DNA of 46,429 bases, filler included, from Jimgerdemannia flammicorona (GCA_003990765.1; 2 parts of 2 records of this genome joined end to end with filler, not necessarily neighbours in it); one strand, 5' to 3'; shown: positions 34,720-46,429, numbered from the whole stretch's first letter. Numbers and translations: made by a program. Notes: a model not told the origin generated them from the sequence alone.

Positions 34720-35849
34720 TCAGAACTTCACCACCCGCTTCTTCTTGCCCACTGCCTTCCTCACCCTCGACACTGCAACCTTCTCCTCCTCCCCGGCCCT
34801 CATCTTCTCCGACACGAAGATATGGAAATCATCGTCATCGGCCCCCTGCACGAGATCGATCTTGCCCAAAACAATTGTCCCCACCTCCTCCTTTGTCGCC
34901 CTGCAGTCCTTAGCCAGATGGTCAACCTTGCCGCAGAATCGACAGGAACCGCCCTTGGGGTAAAGGCCCTTCTCGTTCTGCGGGCACGCGGAAGAGAGGT
35001 GGCCCTGCGTGTTGCAGATGAAGCATTTGGCGAATTGATATTGGTTGCCTGTGTGATTCGAATGAATGAATGGAAGGATGTGAGCATTGATGGCGCCAGA
35101 TGGCAATGGTGACGACGACAATGAAGATTGAAACCCTACCGCCTTTGGAAAGTTTCTTGCACTCTTTCAGGGTGTGTTCTGTGGAGCCACAATTGAAGCA
35201 GATACCAACACCTTTTCCCTTGGCCTCGGGACATTCGTTGACACTATGGCCTGATTTGCGGCACGAGAAACATATCTGAGAGAGATACGTCCAATCTTAG
35301 TTAATGCAATTGATACAAGTGTCGAAATGCTGCAAAAGAAAACACATATGTTTACTTGAGACAACAAGCGCTTACCGTGCTGTTCTTCTTCAATTTCACG
35401 CGCTTTTCACGCCGCTTGGCAGCCTTTTCTTCTTGGGAAATCTTTTTTGCGGTTTCTGACACTGATTTTGTGCCTACATTGAGAATTCTTTGCAATCAAG
35501 ACTGCTGTTTATGAACTTTTTGCTGTACCTAAAAGGGAGGAGGCTGCCCACCTTTCGTTTCGCTTGCGTCAGAATTCTCGTTATTAGCATCGCTGAGCAA
35601 CATTTGCTTCTTCTTTTGAGCGGCAATGTTTTTCCTCTGCCGCTTGCTCAGTTTGGTTCGCTCGCCCTCTGCTGTTGCGTTGTTCTCGCCGTCTTTGGCG
35701 GGAGTTTGTTCGGTCGTTTCTTCGCGGTGGCGTTTCTTGCCGTTGAGGGTTGGTTTTGAGTCAGCATCATTCAACTTGTTCAGAGGGGTGACTTGGAAGC
35801 CTACTGGGTCCTCGTGGGTCTTTCTGGAGAGCTTTGTGTAGCGAGTCAT
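34720..35849 (-). CDS. ZCCHC9: ZCCHC9-like protein with four CCHC zinc knuckles, 4 exons
   Basis: MTRYTK start; CFSCRKSGHSVNEC, CFNCGSTEHTLKEC, CFICNTQGHLSSAC, GLYPKGGSCRFCGKVDHLAKDC; ends KKKRVVKF. Confidence 0.82.
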
Positions 35850-35977
35850 TGTTTGTTGAGTTGAGTATTGTTGAAAGGGAATTGACAAACAAAGGATGAC
35901 GTCATCTAGTTCAGATTTTGATAATTGTTGCATACATTACTTCGTCTTTGTTCGTTCGCTCGCCCATTCACCTTCCC

Positions 35978-37741
35978 ATGGACTATCAGAGGCAACTCAT
36001 GGCTGAGCTAATGGCTCAGTACGATCTGGATGATACCAAGAACTTTTGGGACGACGACGTAAGTATTTCTTTCCCAACATGCGATCCCAAACTCGTTCAC
36101 GGACCCTGACTTGTCGCGTGAATCCATATAGGTGTGCAAAAACTATCTTGTCGCATATTGCCCGAGTCAGCTTTTCACAAACACAAAGTCGGACCTTGGT
36201 AAGCTTATATATAATATAATGTGAAGGTCTGCATGACCATGTGATGAATGTCGCTTATATAACCTATGGCCTATTTCTCGTCAACATTCAAAGGTCCCTG
36301 CACCAAGATACACAACGACAAACTACGAGACAAGTACCGCAATACCCCAGACAAGGAGTCTCGCTATCCGTATGAGGTCGCCTTTGTCGACTATATCACT
36401 TCGTTGGTCACCGATCTGGATCACAAAATAAGGAGAAACAAAGAGAGGTTGGATATTCAACCCGATGCGAAGGTAGTACTTTTTTGCGATGTGATGGTGG
36501 GTGTTATGATGCTTTGGAACCTTGTGTATTTTGACGTATAGTGTTTTTTCTGCTTGATGCAGACACTGAATCCTGGAAGGGACGAGAGAGAAGAGAGCAT
36601 AGTGTTGCTGGACGAGAGAATAAAGGAAATGCTCGCCAAGGTGAGTGAAACTTAACTATGCATTCCGGAAATCATGTATTCCGGAAATCATGCATTCCGG
36701 AAGTTATTGGTATCAAGCGCATAATCTGAACTTTGCCATGTCCATTCGCGTACTTCTTTCAGATTGAGGGTGCTGGGGAGGAAGGTCGCGTACAAGAAGC
36801 TGCCGAGCTAACGGAGAAGGTCGAAAGGCTGCAGCACGAACTAACTCTCATGAAAAATGTAAGTACACTCCGCTCAATATGCTTGGCAGTGATCTATCCG
36901 ACCCCCCAAAAACCCCCATCTCCTTCATTCATACCCTGAGAAAGACAGACGTACAGAGATAGGTGGTAGAATATTGTTTGATAGCGCCGTGAGGATAATA
37001 GCATCACCAAGCTTGCTATGCTCCTGAAGACGGACTTATGGATGGTGTCAAAAGTGGTTCAACGTTTTGAGCATGATACGCAATTAGAGCCGATCCAGTC
37101 GTCTACAAACACCGCAGTTGTCCATCGCCTTCGCCGGTACCTACATTTCCCCAGACTTCTTCAGTTATCCCTCTTACTAACCGTCCATCTTCCGAATCGT
37201 CATATCAACCATTGGTGCCGTCTCCTCATATTCGTTCGTGACACTTTACAGAATGACGGCATAAACCCGATACTCAAGCAGGATAAAAAAATGGAGGTGA
37301 GTTTATTCACTCTTTTTGTTCGGATACGCTCTTTCAAGAATCAGAATATGCCCTGGTGTTTTTAGTATCATGTACCCGATTTCGATTGACTCAGACCTAT
37401 TATTATTTTTCTCTGAATGCAGGTGTGCCAAACGTGCAGCGCCTTCCTGGTGACCAACGACACCTCTAACCGTCTGGACGCCCACTTGCAGGGTAAGCTG
37501 CACACAGGATACGAGAAGATCCGCGAGAGTTTGCAGGATTACAGGGTGGGTAAATCCAATCTTTGACGTTTTGTTATGTTAGATCGCTATAGAACCCATA
37601 TACTCATACCATTTTATCCTAAAGAAAAAACGCGCTGAACGTGGCGAATGGCGCGACCACCGCCAACATAGGGACAGACGTGAACACTTTGGATCTCGCC
37701 GTGACCGTGAGCGTGAGCGAGACCGTGAGCGAGATCGTGAG

Positions 37742-37779
<38 letters not shown>

Positions 37780-37990
37780 TGAGCGAGACCGTGAACGAGA
37801 CCGACGTGACTACGACCGCAGTGTGGATAGGGACCGACGCAGTGGATACCACGATCGCGACGCACGTGGGTCAAGGTCCCCCGGTGGCTACGATGAGCGT
37901 CATCGTGACCGTGAGCCCGACCGCCGATTTCACCATGGCTACATAGATCGTGATCGCCACCGCTCGAGGTCGGTGTCGCCGAAGCAGTGA
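35978..37990 (+). CDS. LUC7: LUC7-family U1 snRNP splicing factor, 8 exons
   Basis: MDYQRQLMAELM...VCKNYLVAYCPSQLFTNTKSDLGPCTKIH (ZnF1), GEEGRVQEA, KMEVCQTCSAFL...RLDAHLQGKLHTGY (ZnF2), RD/RE/RS-rich tail. Confidence 0.95.
36658..36703 (+). repeat. Intronic 16-bp tandem repeat, about 3 copies (ATGYATTCCGGAAATC)
   Basis: Units start at 36658, 36674 and 36690, each with the palindrome TTCCGGAA. Confidence 0.9.
37698..37808 (+). repeat. Coding hexamer repeat (CGAGAC/CGTGAG)n encoding the LUC7 Arg-Asp/Arg-Glu tract
   Basis: Lies in the last LUC7 exon, in frame as RDRERERDR... Confidence 0.9.
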
Positions 37991-38859
37991 TTTGCTTGCT
38001 TCGCTCGCGTTTATGAAGTACATTCTGGCCTTGTCGATCGCTTGGGCAGAAAGTCAATGCACGCCTGATTATGATTGTTCTCGGGCAGTACACGTACAAT
38101 TTTCTCTCTTTCTTCCTTGAACTCTGTCGTGTCATCACATTTTAATTTGGTAGTACGTACATTCTTTTCGTCGACTCTTTTATCTTTGGACATTCTTTGT
38201 TGCTTCCTGCCTCATCGTAAAATGTGTATGCGCTAGCTGGTAATAAAAATGTACTGTGAGAGTCCATAGCATCGAAGACTATGTAGATAGTTCCCTCTCA
38301 GGTCTGGAAGATCTCTTTAAGACCTTGATCGCTATTCTAAAAAATATCCACCAGTGACTTCACTGAATTCGATGCAGACCGTGATTAAGCCCAAAGCATC
38401 GGGTGCCACTTGGTACCACTAAAGGGTTTCTGACTAAGATCTCTGTTGGCTATTGATGACCGATGCGCAAGTCCTTGTGGTCATTCATATTGTCTGGCGC
38501 TGCGCTTGTTTGGTGTCGCGCAATCTCCCACACCTCTTTTGTCTAGAGCATTAATGCTCCGAGCAGAGAGCGAACAGTGGGACGGCGGTGAGCGGCGAGC
38601 AGCGGTGAGCTGATATATATAATAACAAAACAAGGATCTTCCTCCGGGCTTTGCTGTCTTTAAGGCCTTGGGGTCCGAGATAGCTTTATTCCGTTGAAGG
38701 ATTCGAGACTAAATGTACACGAGACCTTAGCACATTGGGTCATGCGCTCACATCTTCGCATGTGCACTATGCTACACAAAGCCGCGCCACATAAGAGAGA
38801 TATTGCATAAGAGAGCATAAAGATGTGTAAGAGTATAAGAAAATATTTCGCTTATAAAT

Positions 38860-39700
38860 ACTGTAATACATTTATCTATATACTGGTATTAATAATAATT
38901 TATTTAAGTATATAAAATAGAATATACTTATAATAGGTTTTACTATTTCTATTTTTATTTTAGTTTTAGTTTTAATATGAGTAATAAATAATAAATAATT
39001 TTTATATGTAATTAGTTATAAAATATACTTTATTTTTCTATTTAAATAATTATAAAGAGAAAAAAATAAAAAATAAAAAATACAATATTTTATTTATAGA
39101 TATATTTTTTATAAAAGATAAATAATAATAAATTTTTATAAATTATTAGAAATTTTTAGATTTTTTATTTTTATAATTAAATTTAGTAATAATATAAAAT
39201 AAAGTTATATTTAAGAATTCTTATTATATTTATTTTTATATTAAATTATTCTTTATTATTAATAAATTTATTTAAAATATATTATTTATATATTTAAATT
39301 TTTAAATTTTATAAGTAGATTTTTTATTTTTATTTTTAAAAATATATATTATTTAAAGTTATATTATTAACTATTTAAATTATTTATAAAGTTAAATATA
39401 ATATTATATATTAAAAAAATAAACTTATATTTATTATTATTATAAGTATTGTAAATAAAATATAACTAAAACAATTATATAAAATAAACTAATAGTATAA
39501 AAAAAAAAATCTTAAAAAAGTTTTATTATTTATTTTTATAAATTTAAATTTAAAATTATAAATATAAATTTTATTATTAATCAATATAATAATTATATAA
39601 TATATAGTAATTGTAATAAATTATTATATATCTATAAACTACTAAAATTCTAAAAAAAAAAATTCTATAGAATTTTTAACTAATAGTATATATAGATACT
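38860..39700. other. Extreme AT-rich tract (roughly 90% AT or more by eye), probably terminally decayed repeat
   Basis: Very few C or G and abundant TpA; borders the gene island and the LTR zone. Confidence 0.7.
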
Positions 39701-40226
39701 AAATATAAATATACAATCTCCAAGTCACTGAAATTATACATCATCTTTAGAACAAATCTGAAAATTATATATAAGATTATGAAGCTGAGTCAAACTGAAG
39801 TTACAGAGCACAAAGCTGAGTCAACTTGAAGTTACAAAATATAAAATTTACACAAATAGAATCTTATCAATCAGAACTGAATATATGTATATACTAAGTA
39901 CTTAGATATATTGAAATAGAGAATTACAACAAACTAAATAAATAACCACAACTCTTTAGCATATATACAAATATAACTACTGAGATCTACAACTGTATCT
40001 ATATTGATATTTGGAATATTATTATTAACTGAGCTATATCTTTCCTATTCCTTATAAATATCTATAGTCTAGCACCTCTCTACTTTATAGAAGCCTAATA
40101 GAATACCCTGAATATACTCAGTAAAGTCTACCAAATCAGATAAATCTCAAGCTACTATTAGATTGACTATCTTCTAGAAGATATGGTTAAATATCATTAT
40201 AATATAGATATTACTCAGATATCTCA

Positions 40227-41364
40227 TATAAGTACACAACCTTCAAGCCACTGAAATCACATATCACTCTCCAAACAAGCCACCAAAATCACATGTTATC
40301 CTCAGAACCAATTTGGAAACCATATGTAAGACTACAAAACAAGTTACTGAGGAGATCAGCAAGTACAAGAACCTATCACTAAGATACAAGAATATCAGAA
40401 GAAGTACTACATACAACCATAAGACTAACTCTGAACCTCTATAACTAGTTTGATATACTATATTATTACAAAAGGAAACCAAAAGTACCAAACTCAAACT
40501 GAGACAAAAAGAACCCTATCTCATCCATTAAAGGTTTATAAATTACACTTATCAACTCAAGACCAAGATATACCATAACTATATAAGATCTCATTACTTA
40601 GCAGAAGTAAAACATATTTAAATAACTCTGTTCACTCTATCTGTGTCACCTCTATTAGAGAATGACAGATACTTCATCTAAACTCAAGAAAGCCAACATT
40701 GTTAAAACCAATCTCAAGCTATCCACATGACAGATATTACTACTAGAAATTGCCTTAGATTATAGAAAATATCATTTCCAAGAGGTTTGAACCCCCAGCC
40801 ATGACATTAGAAGCCCTTACTCTAGACAAGGATGGCCAGTCCTCACAAATGTGCCAGCAGTCTAAAAAAAAAAGAACCAAGACCTGTTATCCTTATATAA
40901 CTACTACTACTAAGGACAGTCTTAATCTTACAAGAGATAGAAGTGATGATATCTTTGAAACTGATGATATCAGAAGTCAGAAAACTGCTCAAACTTTACC
41001 AGAGATAATATCATCAATAGTAATATCATCAAAGACTAATCAGACAGTATCTAAATCTATAGATAGCTTAGTAGTCATATTATAGTTAGATTAGCCTTAT
41101 ATGACATAACTGTGAACTGACTCAGCAGTCAGATGATCTCTTGATATATCAGATTATACTTATACTATATGACTGCATTTCAACTCAGCAAAGCACTAAG
41201 TACTATATCCATATTCAGCATAGCTCAGATAGCCTCTCACTAGTATAAATATCCCCTCTCCCAGACTTTAGAATCTCAGACTTGAAGACTTGAACAATCC
41301 AAACACAACTCCTGAGCACTTTCCCACAATACTCCTTTATACAACTACTCCTAGTATAGCAATA
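40227..41364 (+). mobile_element. Probable solo LTR (about 1.14 kb) of the neighbouring gypsy family, opposite orientation
   Basis: Collinear with the reverse complement of 41742-42856; starts TATAAG (from TGTAAG) and ends GCAATA; no PBS, PPT or clean TSD seen next to it. Confidence 0.85.
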
Positions 41365-41741
41365 ATATAAGAGGGTTGCTTATTAGAGTAACTGTTACAT
41401 AGTTCTGGAAGGGTTTTCTGGAAGTTCTGGATATTCTGGAAGACTGTTTTCTTATGATCAAGATCAATTTCATATAGAGTACATCCTCTATACTTATTGA
41501 TTTCAAGATCAGATTAATGTCTCAACTAAAGTCCTTTTTCGGACTAGTTCTGGATGTTCAGGATTTTCTGTATTTCAGGAAGTTCAAGAAACTAAGACCA
41601 GCTTAGTTGAATTGGCATATCACTGCAGACAATACCCAATTAGGAAATTTCGTGATGGGGTTAGGAGTGGGACCTAACAGGGAGTGGTTTTACTTAAGAG
41701 TGGTTTGTGGGTTATTAAATAGATTTATTCACTATTCATGA

Positions 41742-42856
41742 TATTGCTATACTAGGAGTAGTTGTGTGAAGAGATATTGTGGAGAAGTGTTCAGAAATGT
41801 TCTTGTATATTCAAGTCTGAGATTCTGAGGTCTGGGGGAGAGGGTATTTATACTAGTGAGGGGCTATCTGAACTATGCTGAATATGAATGTAGTACTAAG
41901 TGCCTTACTGAGTCGGAATGTAGTCATATAGTATAAGTATGATTTGACATATCAAGGGATTGCCTGACTGCTGAGTCAGTTCACAATCACATCATATAAG
42001 GCTAATCTAACTATACTATGACTACTAAGCTATTTATAGATTTAGGTACTGTCTGGTTAGTCTTTGATGATATCACTATTGATGACATTATCGCTGGCAA
42101 AGTCTGAGCAGTTTTCTGACTTCTGACATCATTAGTTTTAAGGTGTCATCACTTCTATCTCTTGCAAGATTAAGGCTGTCCTTGGTGGCAGTGGTTGTAT
42201 AAGGATAATAGGTCTTGGTTTTCTTTTTTTTTAGTCTGCTGGTGCATTTGCAAGAACTGGCCATTCTCGTCTAGAGTGAGGGCTCCCAATGTCGCAGCTG
42301 GGGGTTCGAACCTCTTGGAAATGATATTTTCTATAATCCAAGACAATTTCTAGTAGTAATATCTGTCACATAGATGACTTGAGATTGGTTTCAATGATGT
42401 CAGCTTTCTTGAGTTCAGATGAAGCATTTGTCACTCTCCAACAGAGGTGACATAGATAGAGCAAATAGAGTTATTCAAATGCATTTTACTTCTGCTAAGT
42501 AATGAGGTCTTGTATAGTCATAGTGTATCTTGGTCTTGAGTTGATAAGTGCAGTTCGTAAACCTTTTGGTAGATGAGATAGGGTTCTTCTCATCTCGATT
42601 TGAGTTTGGTACTTTTAGTTTCCTTTTGTAATAGTACAGTATACCAAATTAGTTATAGCAGTTCAGAGTTAGTCTTATGGTTATTGTACTTCTTCTAGTA
42701 TTCTTATATCTTGGTGGTGGGTTCTTGTACTTGCTGGCATATTTCGTATAACCAGATGATCTCTTCAGTAACTTGTTTTGTAGTCTCACATATGGTTTTC
42801 AAATTAGTTCTGAGGATGCCATGCAATTTTGGTGGCTTGGAGGTTATGCACTTACA
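41742..42856 (-). repeat. 3' LTR (about 1.12 kb) of the gypsy element
   Basis: Begins TGTAAG just after the polypurine tract AAGAAGGGAAGAG (42858-42870); end defined by loss of similarity to the other LTR. Confidence 0.88.
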
Positions 42857-43289
42857 ACTCTTCCCTTCTTAGCTTTTGACATCCTCGTCAGGGCCTTCTA
42901 ATTTGTTCTGGTGTTATTGTACCATTTGGATGGTTCTTGTGGCTGTATTTGTTGAGGATTTGTTCAACTTTGTATTCTTCTTAGTCATTAATAATAACAG
43001 GTACAGGTGGTTCTGTGGTTCAGTTCAGAAATGTATCTCAGACCTTCTGGAGTAGTGGTCTGACATAGCTGTCAACTTTGGAAAAGTCTTCTTCAGAGTT
43101 CTCGGGTTCTTCTTTAGATAGGCGGATAGAGATAGCAAAGAGAGGGCATTTCTTGATCAATTTCTTGAGTTGTAGTTTGTTGATATGGGTGATCTTTAGT
43201 CCAGGGTCACTAGAGTTGAGTGGGACCTTTTTGTCTTGTAGTTTGAAGTTGTGACATCCTTTCTTAATGGTCAGAGAATGGTTTACCCA

Positions 43290-43600
43290 ATCGATCATAG
43301 GGTTCTCTTGTTTTAACCATGGAGTTCCAAGGATGATTTCATTGTCAGGGAGTGGTATGATCTGGAGGGTAATATGTACTTGATAGTCACCAATTCAGAA
43401 GGGCAGATTGCAGACTTTCTTACTAATGATATGTGAGGTTCTATCAGCTGTAGCAACTGCTTGTATTTGTTGTACCAGAGATGTGAAGACCTTGAGTCTG
43501 TTGGCTGTTTCTTCATTGATGAAGTTGCCTGAGGCACTACTGTCTATCATAATCTTGACAGGTGCTTGGTTGATAAAAGCTTTGAGTGTAAGCAGTTTGT
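43290..43600 (-). pseudogene. Retropepsin aspartic protease domain of the gypsy element
   Basis: IMIDSSASGNFI (DSGA with a G>A change) and ILGTPWL...NPMIDW. Confidence 0.88.
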
Positions 43601-43811
43601 CTGATCCAATGGTAGTGATTTCAGTTATAGAAGTTTTCCTTCTATTGGTTCTTCATTGGGCCAGTTCATTGACACAAGAGAAGTAATCATTGATCATTTG
43701 GAAAGAGTATATTCCAATGCCATGAGGGCATTGGCCACTTGGTACATATCCATCTTCGATTTTCTTATAGAATTGTTCTTCTTTATTCATAGTAGGTTGG
43801 GCTGGAGCCTT

Positions 43812-44222
43812 GTTTGATGAACCAAATCCTTTGGATCCTTGGATGGTAAGTAGTAGTTCAGGGACTTCCTTGACTGTCAGAGTTGACTTGATTTTTTCGA
43901 ATAGTATCTGGGCAATACAGAATCCAATAGGGATCTTGAAGGGTGTCCAACTGTGGTTTCAGATGAGGACAATAATTTTGCCTGTGTAATCTTCATCAAT
44001 GACTCCTCCTTCTACTGAGAGTCCTTTCAGTGCTAGGCTGCTGCGACAGTATATTCTTCCAATATATCCTTCAGGGATTTGGATGCTGATTTCTGTATAG
44101 ACTTGCTTGACTTCTCAGTTGGAAACTGTAGCTTCTTCAGCTGCATACAGGTCATATCCAGCTGCTTTTTGACTTCCTTTGGTTGGGGTCTTGGCAGTTT
44201 GCCTTAACTTGACAAAGTCTAG
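43812..44222 (-). pseudogene. Retroelement-encoded trimeric-type dUTPase domain (two TGA stops)
   Basis: Manual translation: KAAGYDLYA, GRIYCRSSLA, GGVIDEDYTGKI, IAQILF, QGSKGFGSS, matching motifs 1-5. Confidence 0.93.
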
Positions 44223-45100
44223 TGTTCTGGTGGTCAGGTTGTTGAGGTGGTACAGAGTGGTAACAGTTACTCATATTGCTGTTCAGGGTTTTCAGTTAGG
44301 GCAGGCACTGGCCATGTGTTCTGTTTTTTGGCAATAGAAGTATGCTCTGCTTTTTCGAAGTTTGTTCCTTTCTCCTTCAGTGAGTTTCTTGAAGATACTT
44401 GGCTGGGTGGGTTCATGATTTCTGGGTGTCCATGAGGTGGATGTGGAGGGAGCTTGGGATGTTTCATGCTTGGGTTCTTCTTTCTTGGTCCAAGTCTTTT
44501 CCTTATTGTTGAACTGTCTTTGGGGCAGAATTGGTCCAGCTGTTAGGATTTGCTTGACCATAGTCTTGATTCTTGCCAGATACCATTGTTGGTGATCACA
44601 ACCAACTAGGTGGCCTTGTTCTTAGATTTTTCTAGTAAGCCATTCAGACAGTACATCAAATAAATGGTCTGCTCTTGTACCATTTCATGCTTCATCATTG
44701 GCAATATATCCTAGGCCAACAGTGTTCAGGAGTGACTCGAGTTTTGTATAGAAGGTTTTGAATTCTTCTTTGCTATGTACATCAAATTTGAGATTGCAGA
44801 GTTTTACTCAAGATTCAGCGATCATAGTTTTACTGTGGTATTGAGCAATTATGAGTTGTTTGAGTTCAGGGGCTATAGGATAGGCTCTATATCCTGGGGC
44901 ATTATTTGCTATATTCTGAGTAACTACTACAGGTCGGGTGTCTCATATGAGGAGTTTTCAGGAAGGGTTCGCCACCATTCTTTGGCAGGTCCTTGGAAGA
45001 ATATAACAACTTGGCAGACATAGGCTATGGTGATAGCAAAGAGTTGTTCTAGAGTGTGGTCTTGATTGTTTGTCAGAATGTGGTCAGCAACTCACTCATT

Positions 45101-46429
45101 GGCATTCTCCTTGGAGAGAGGAGTCCCTCAAGGGGACCTGCTGTCCTCTATCCTTTATGCACTCTCCTTGGAACCTTTGATGAACAGGATCCATAAGAGG
45201 GTGACTAGACTTTCTGTATATGATGTGGGGTGGAAGGTAGGGGCCTTTGCAGATGATATGGTAGTTGGACTTGGATCAGTAGCAGATATAGAGACTCTTC
45301 AGGAAACAGTAGAGTGGTATGAGGCACACTCTGGAGCAAAGCTCAACTGGCATAAGTGTGAGATGATGGTGCTGGGGAATGGGCTAGTGGGAGGAGATGT
45401 CATTGGAACAATTGTCCCCACAGGAGAGGTGGTGCAGTACCTAGAAATCTTCCTCTCTGTAAATGGATCAGTCCTACCACAGATATGGTGGGAGAGGAGG
45501 GTGGACATTTGGGGAGAGGCTCTAAAAGGTTGGGGGGGTCGTCACATCTCCCTGGCAGAGAGGGTGGCAATTCTGAATATATACTGGTTCCTCAAGCTGT
45601 GGTATATGGTATATCATTTAGACTTTCCCGCTTGGGTGGTGAAGAGGCTGATGAAACTGGCTAGGGATTGGATTTAGGCTGGTAGAAGGGCCCAGATCAG
45701 TTAGGATACCCTTGTCAAGCCAGTGCTTAGGGGAGGCCTGGGCCTTGTTGATTTCCCTAAGTGTCTATACTGTCTGCAAGCTTGGTGGTTGAGAAGGGCT
45801 GTTGATCTACAGGGTGGAGGTTGGGTGCCATTGATGAAGAAGGTGTGGGAGATGAGAGTCTCCCCCCGGGGGTCCACAGGGGATCTACTCTCTTTGGTGG
45901 GTCTGAATGGAAGCCGACAGCTATGGTATAAGGGCTTCTGGTGGAGAGTGGTCGATAGAGCATACCGGATAGGCCTGTACTGGCATGGAAATGAGGGGGA
46001 GGAGGTATGGGGTCCAGCTATATGGCAATGGGACTGTCTGCTTCTAGGGGGGGACTTTTGGATAGCTGTAGGGGACCGACTTGGGGTTGAAAGGAGACCA
46101 GATGGAGAGAGAGGTCGCTGGGAAGATCTGGAATCTAGACTTGTGAGAGGTGTCAGCAATAGGTGGCTTACTGTAGGGTGGGTTGTGGCAGTGTGGGTGG
46201 GGTTGGCTGGACATTGACTCTTTGTTTTTGAGGAGGGGTGACAGATAGGAATATAAGAGAAGTTATTGAGATGGAAGGAGTTGGTGGCAGATTTGCTGAC
46301 AGGGTGGTGGATTGGGTGGGGACCACAAGGTAGGCAACATCGCTGTCTGGTAGAAGGGATCTGTGAGCAGAGTGGTGGGCAGGTGGAGATAGTGTTTGAT
46401 AAAGTGGTCTTTCATCATAAGAAGATAGG
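45101..46429 (+). mobile_element. LINE copy E, 5'-truncated within RT, interrupting gypsy gag; runs off the window
   Basis: GVPQGDLLSSILY, AFADDM, KLNWHK, GGLGL; closely similar to copies A and C; gypsy gag sequence stops at about 45100. Confidence 0.9.

Larger units (their letters stand above)
41742..45100 (-). mobile_element. Ty3/gypsy chromovirus-type LTR retrotransposon, internally deleted (gag, zinc knuckle, dUTPase, protease, chromodomain stub, PPT, LTR)
   Basis: gag FQGPAKEWW; knuckle YFYCQKTEHMASAC; protease MIDSSASGNFI...IILGTPWLKQENPMIDW; PPVPVIIND*EEYKVEQIL; no RT, RNase H or integrase core. Confidence 0.9.

Noticed and set aside
36658..36703. Palindromic repeats as a CRISPR-like array
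   Set aside because: Contiguous 16-bp units with no spacers inside a eukaryotic intron; an ordinary minisatellite.
29292..37990. Translin, CTU2, ZCCHC9 and LUC7 as a functional RNA-processing cluster
   Set aside because: Unrelated pathways; RNA-related housekeeping genes are common and there is no synteny evidence.
37614..38138. ORFs with ETETET, VSVSVS or GLGLGL repeats
   Set aside because: Alternative frames and antisense of the LUC7 RD/RE repeat.
42259..42326. Functional tRNA gene
   Set aside because: Too short, no proper anticodon stem, and located inside an LTR; kept only as a tRNA-like finding.

Overview
Eukaryotic, fungal-type genomic DNA; an early-diverging lineage such as Mucoromycota is my inference, not proven. 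The window has three zones. (1) 1-23167 is a nest of four decayed L1-clade LINEs, all on the minus strand. Two insertions have readable target-site duplications (D inside C inside B), and A appears to sit in the 3' end of B. The oldest copy shows heavy one-directional C>T/G>A decay resembling RIP. (2) After an artificial 100-bp gap linker comes a compact, CpG-rich, intron-rich gene island (about 25.0-38.0 kb): G6PD, translin, a 6-exon gene the ORF track misses that resembles the meiotic telomere-bouquet protein TERB2 at both its N-terminal domain and its C-terminal MAJIN-binding motif, CTU2/NCS2, a ZCCHC9-like zinc-knuckle gene and LUC7. (3) 38.9-46.4 kb holds an extreme AT tract, two inverted ~1.1-kb LTRs carrying a tRNA-like segment, an internally deleted Ty3/gypsy chromovirus with in-frame gag-zinc knuckle-dUTPase-protease, and a 5'-truncated LINE interrupting its gag. 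The main candidate novelty is the TERB2-like gene. All homology calls come from manual translation and recalled motifs; no database search was run.
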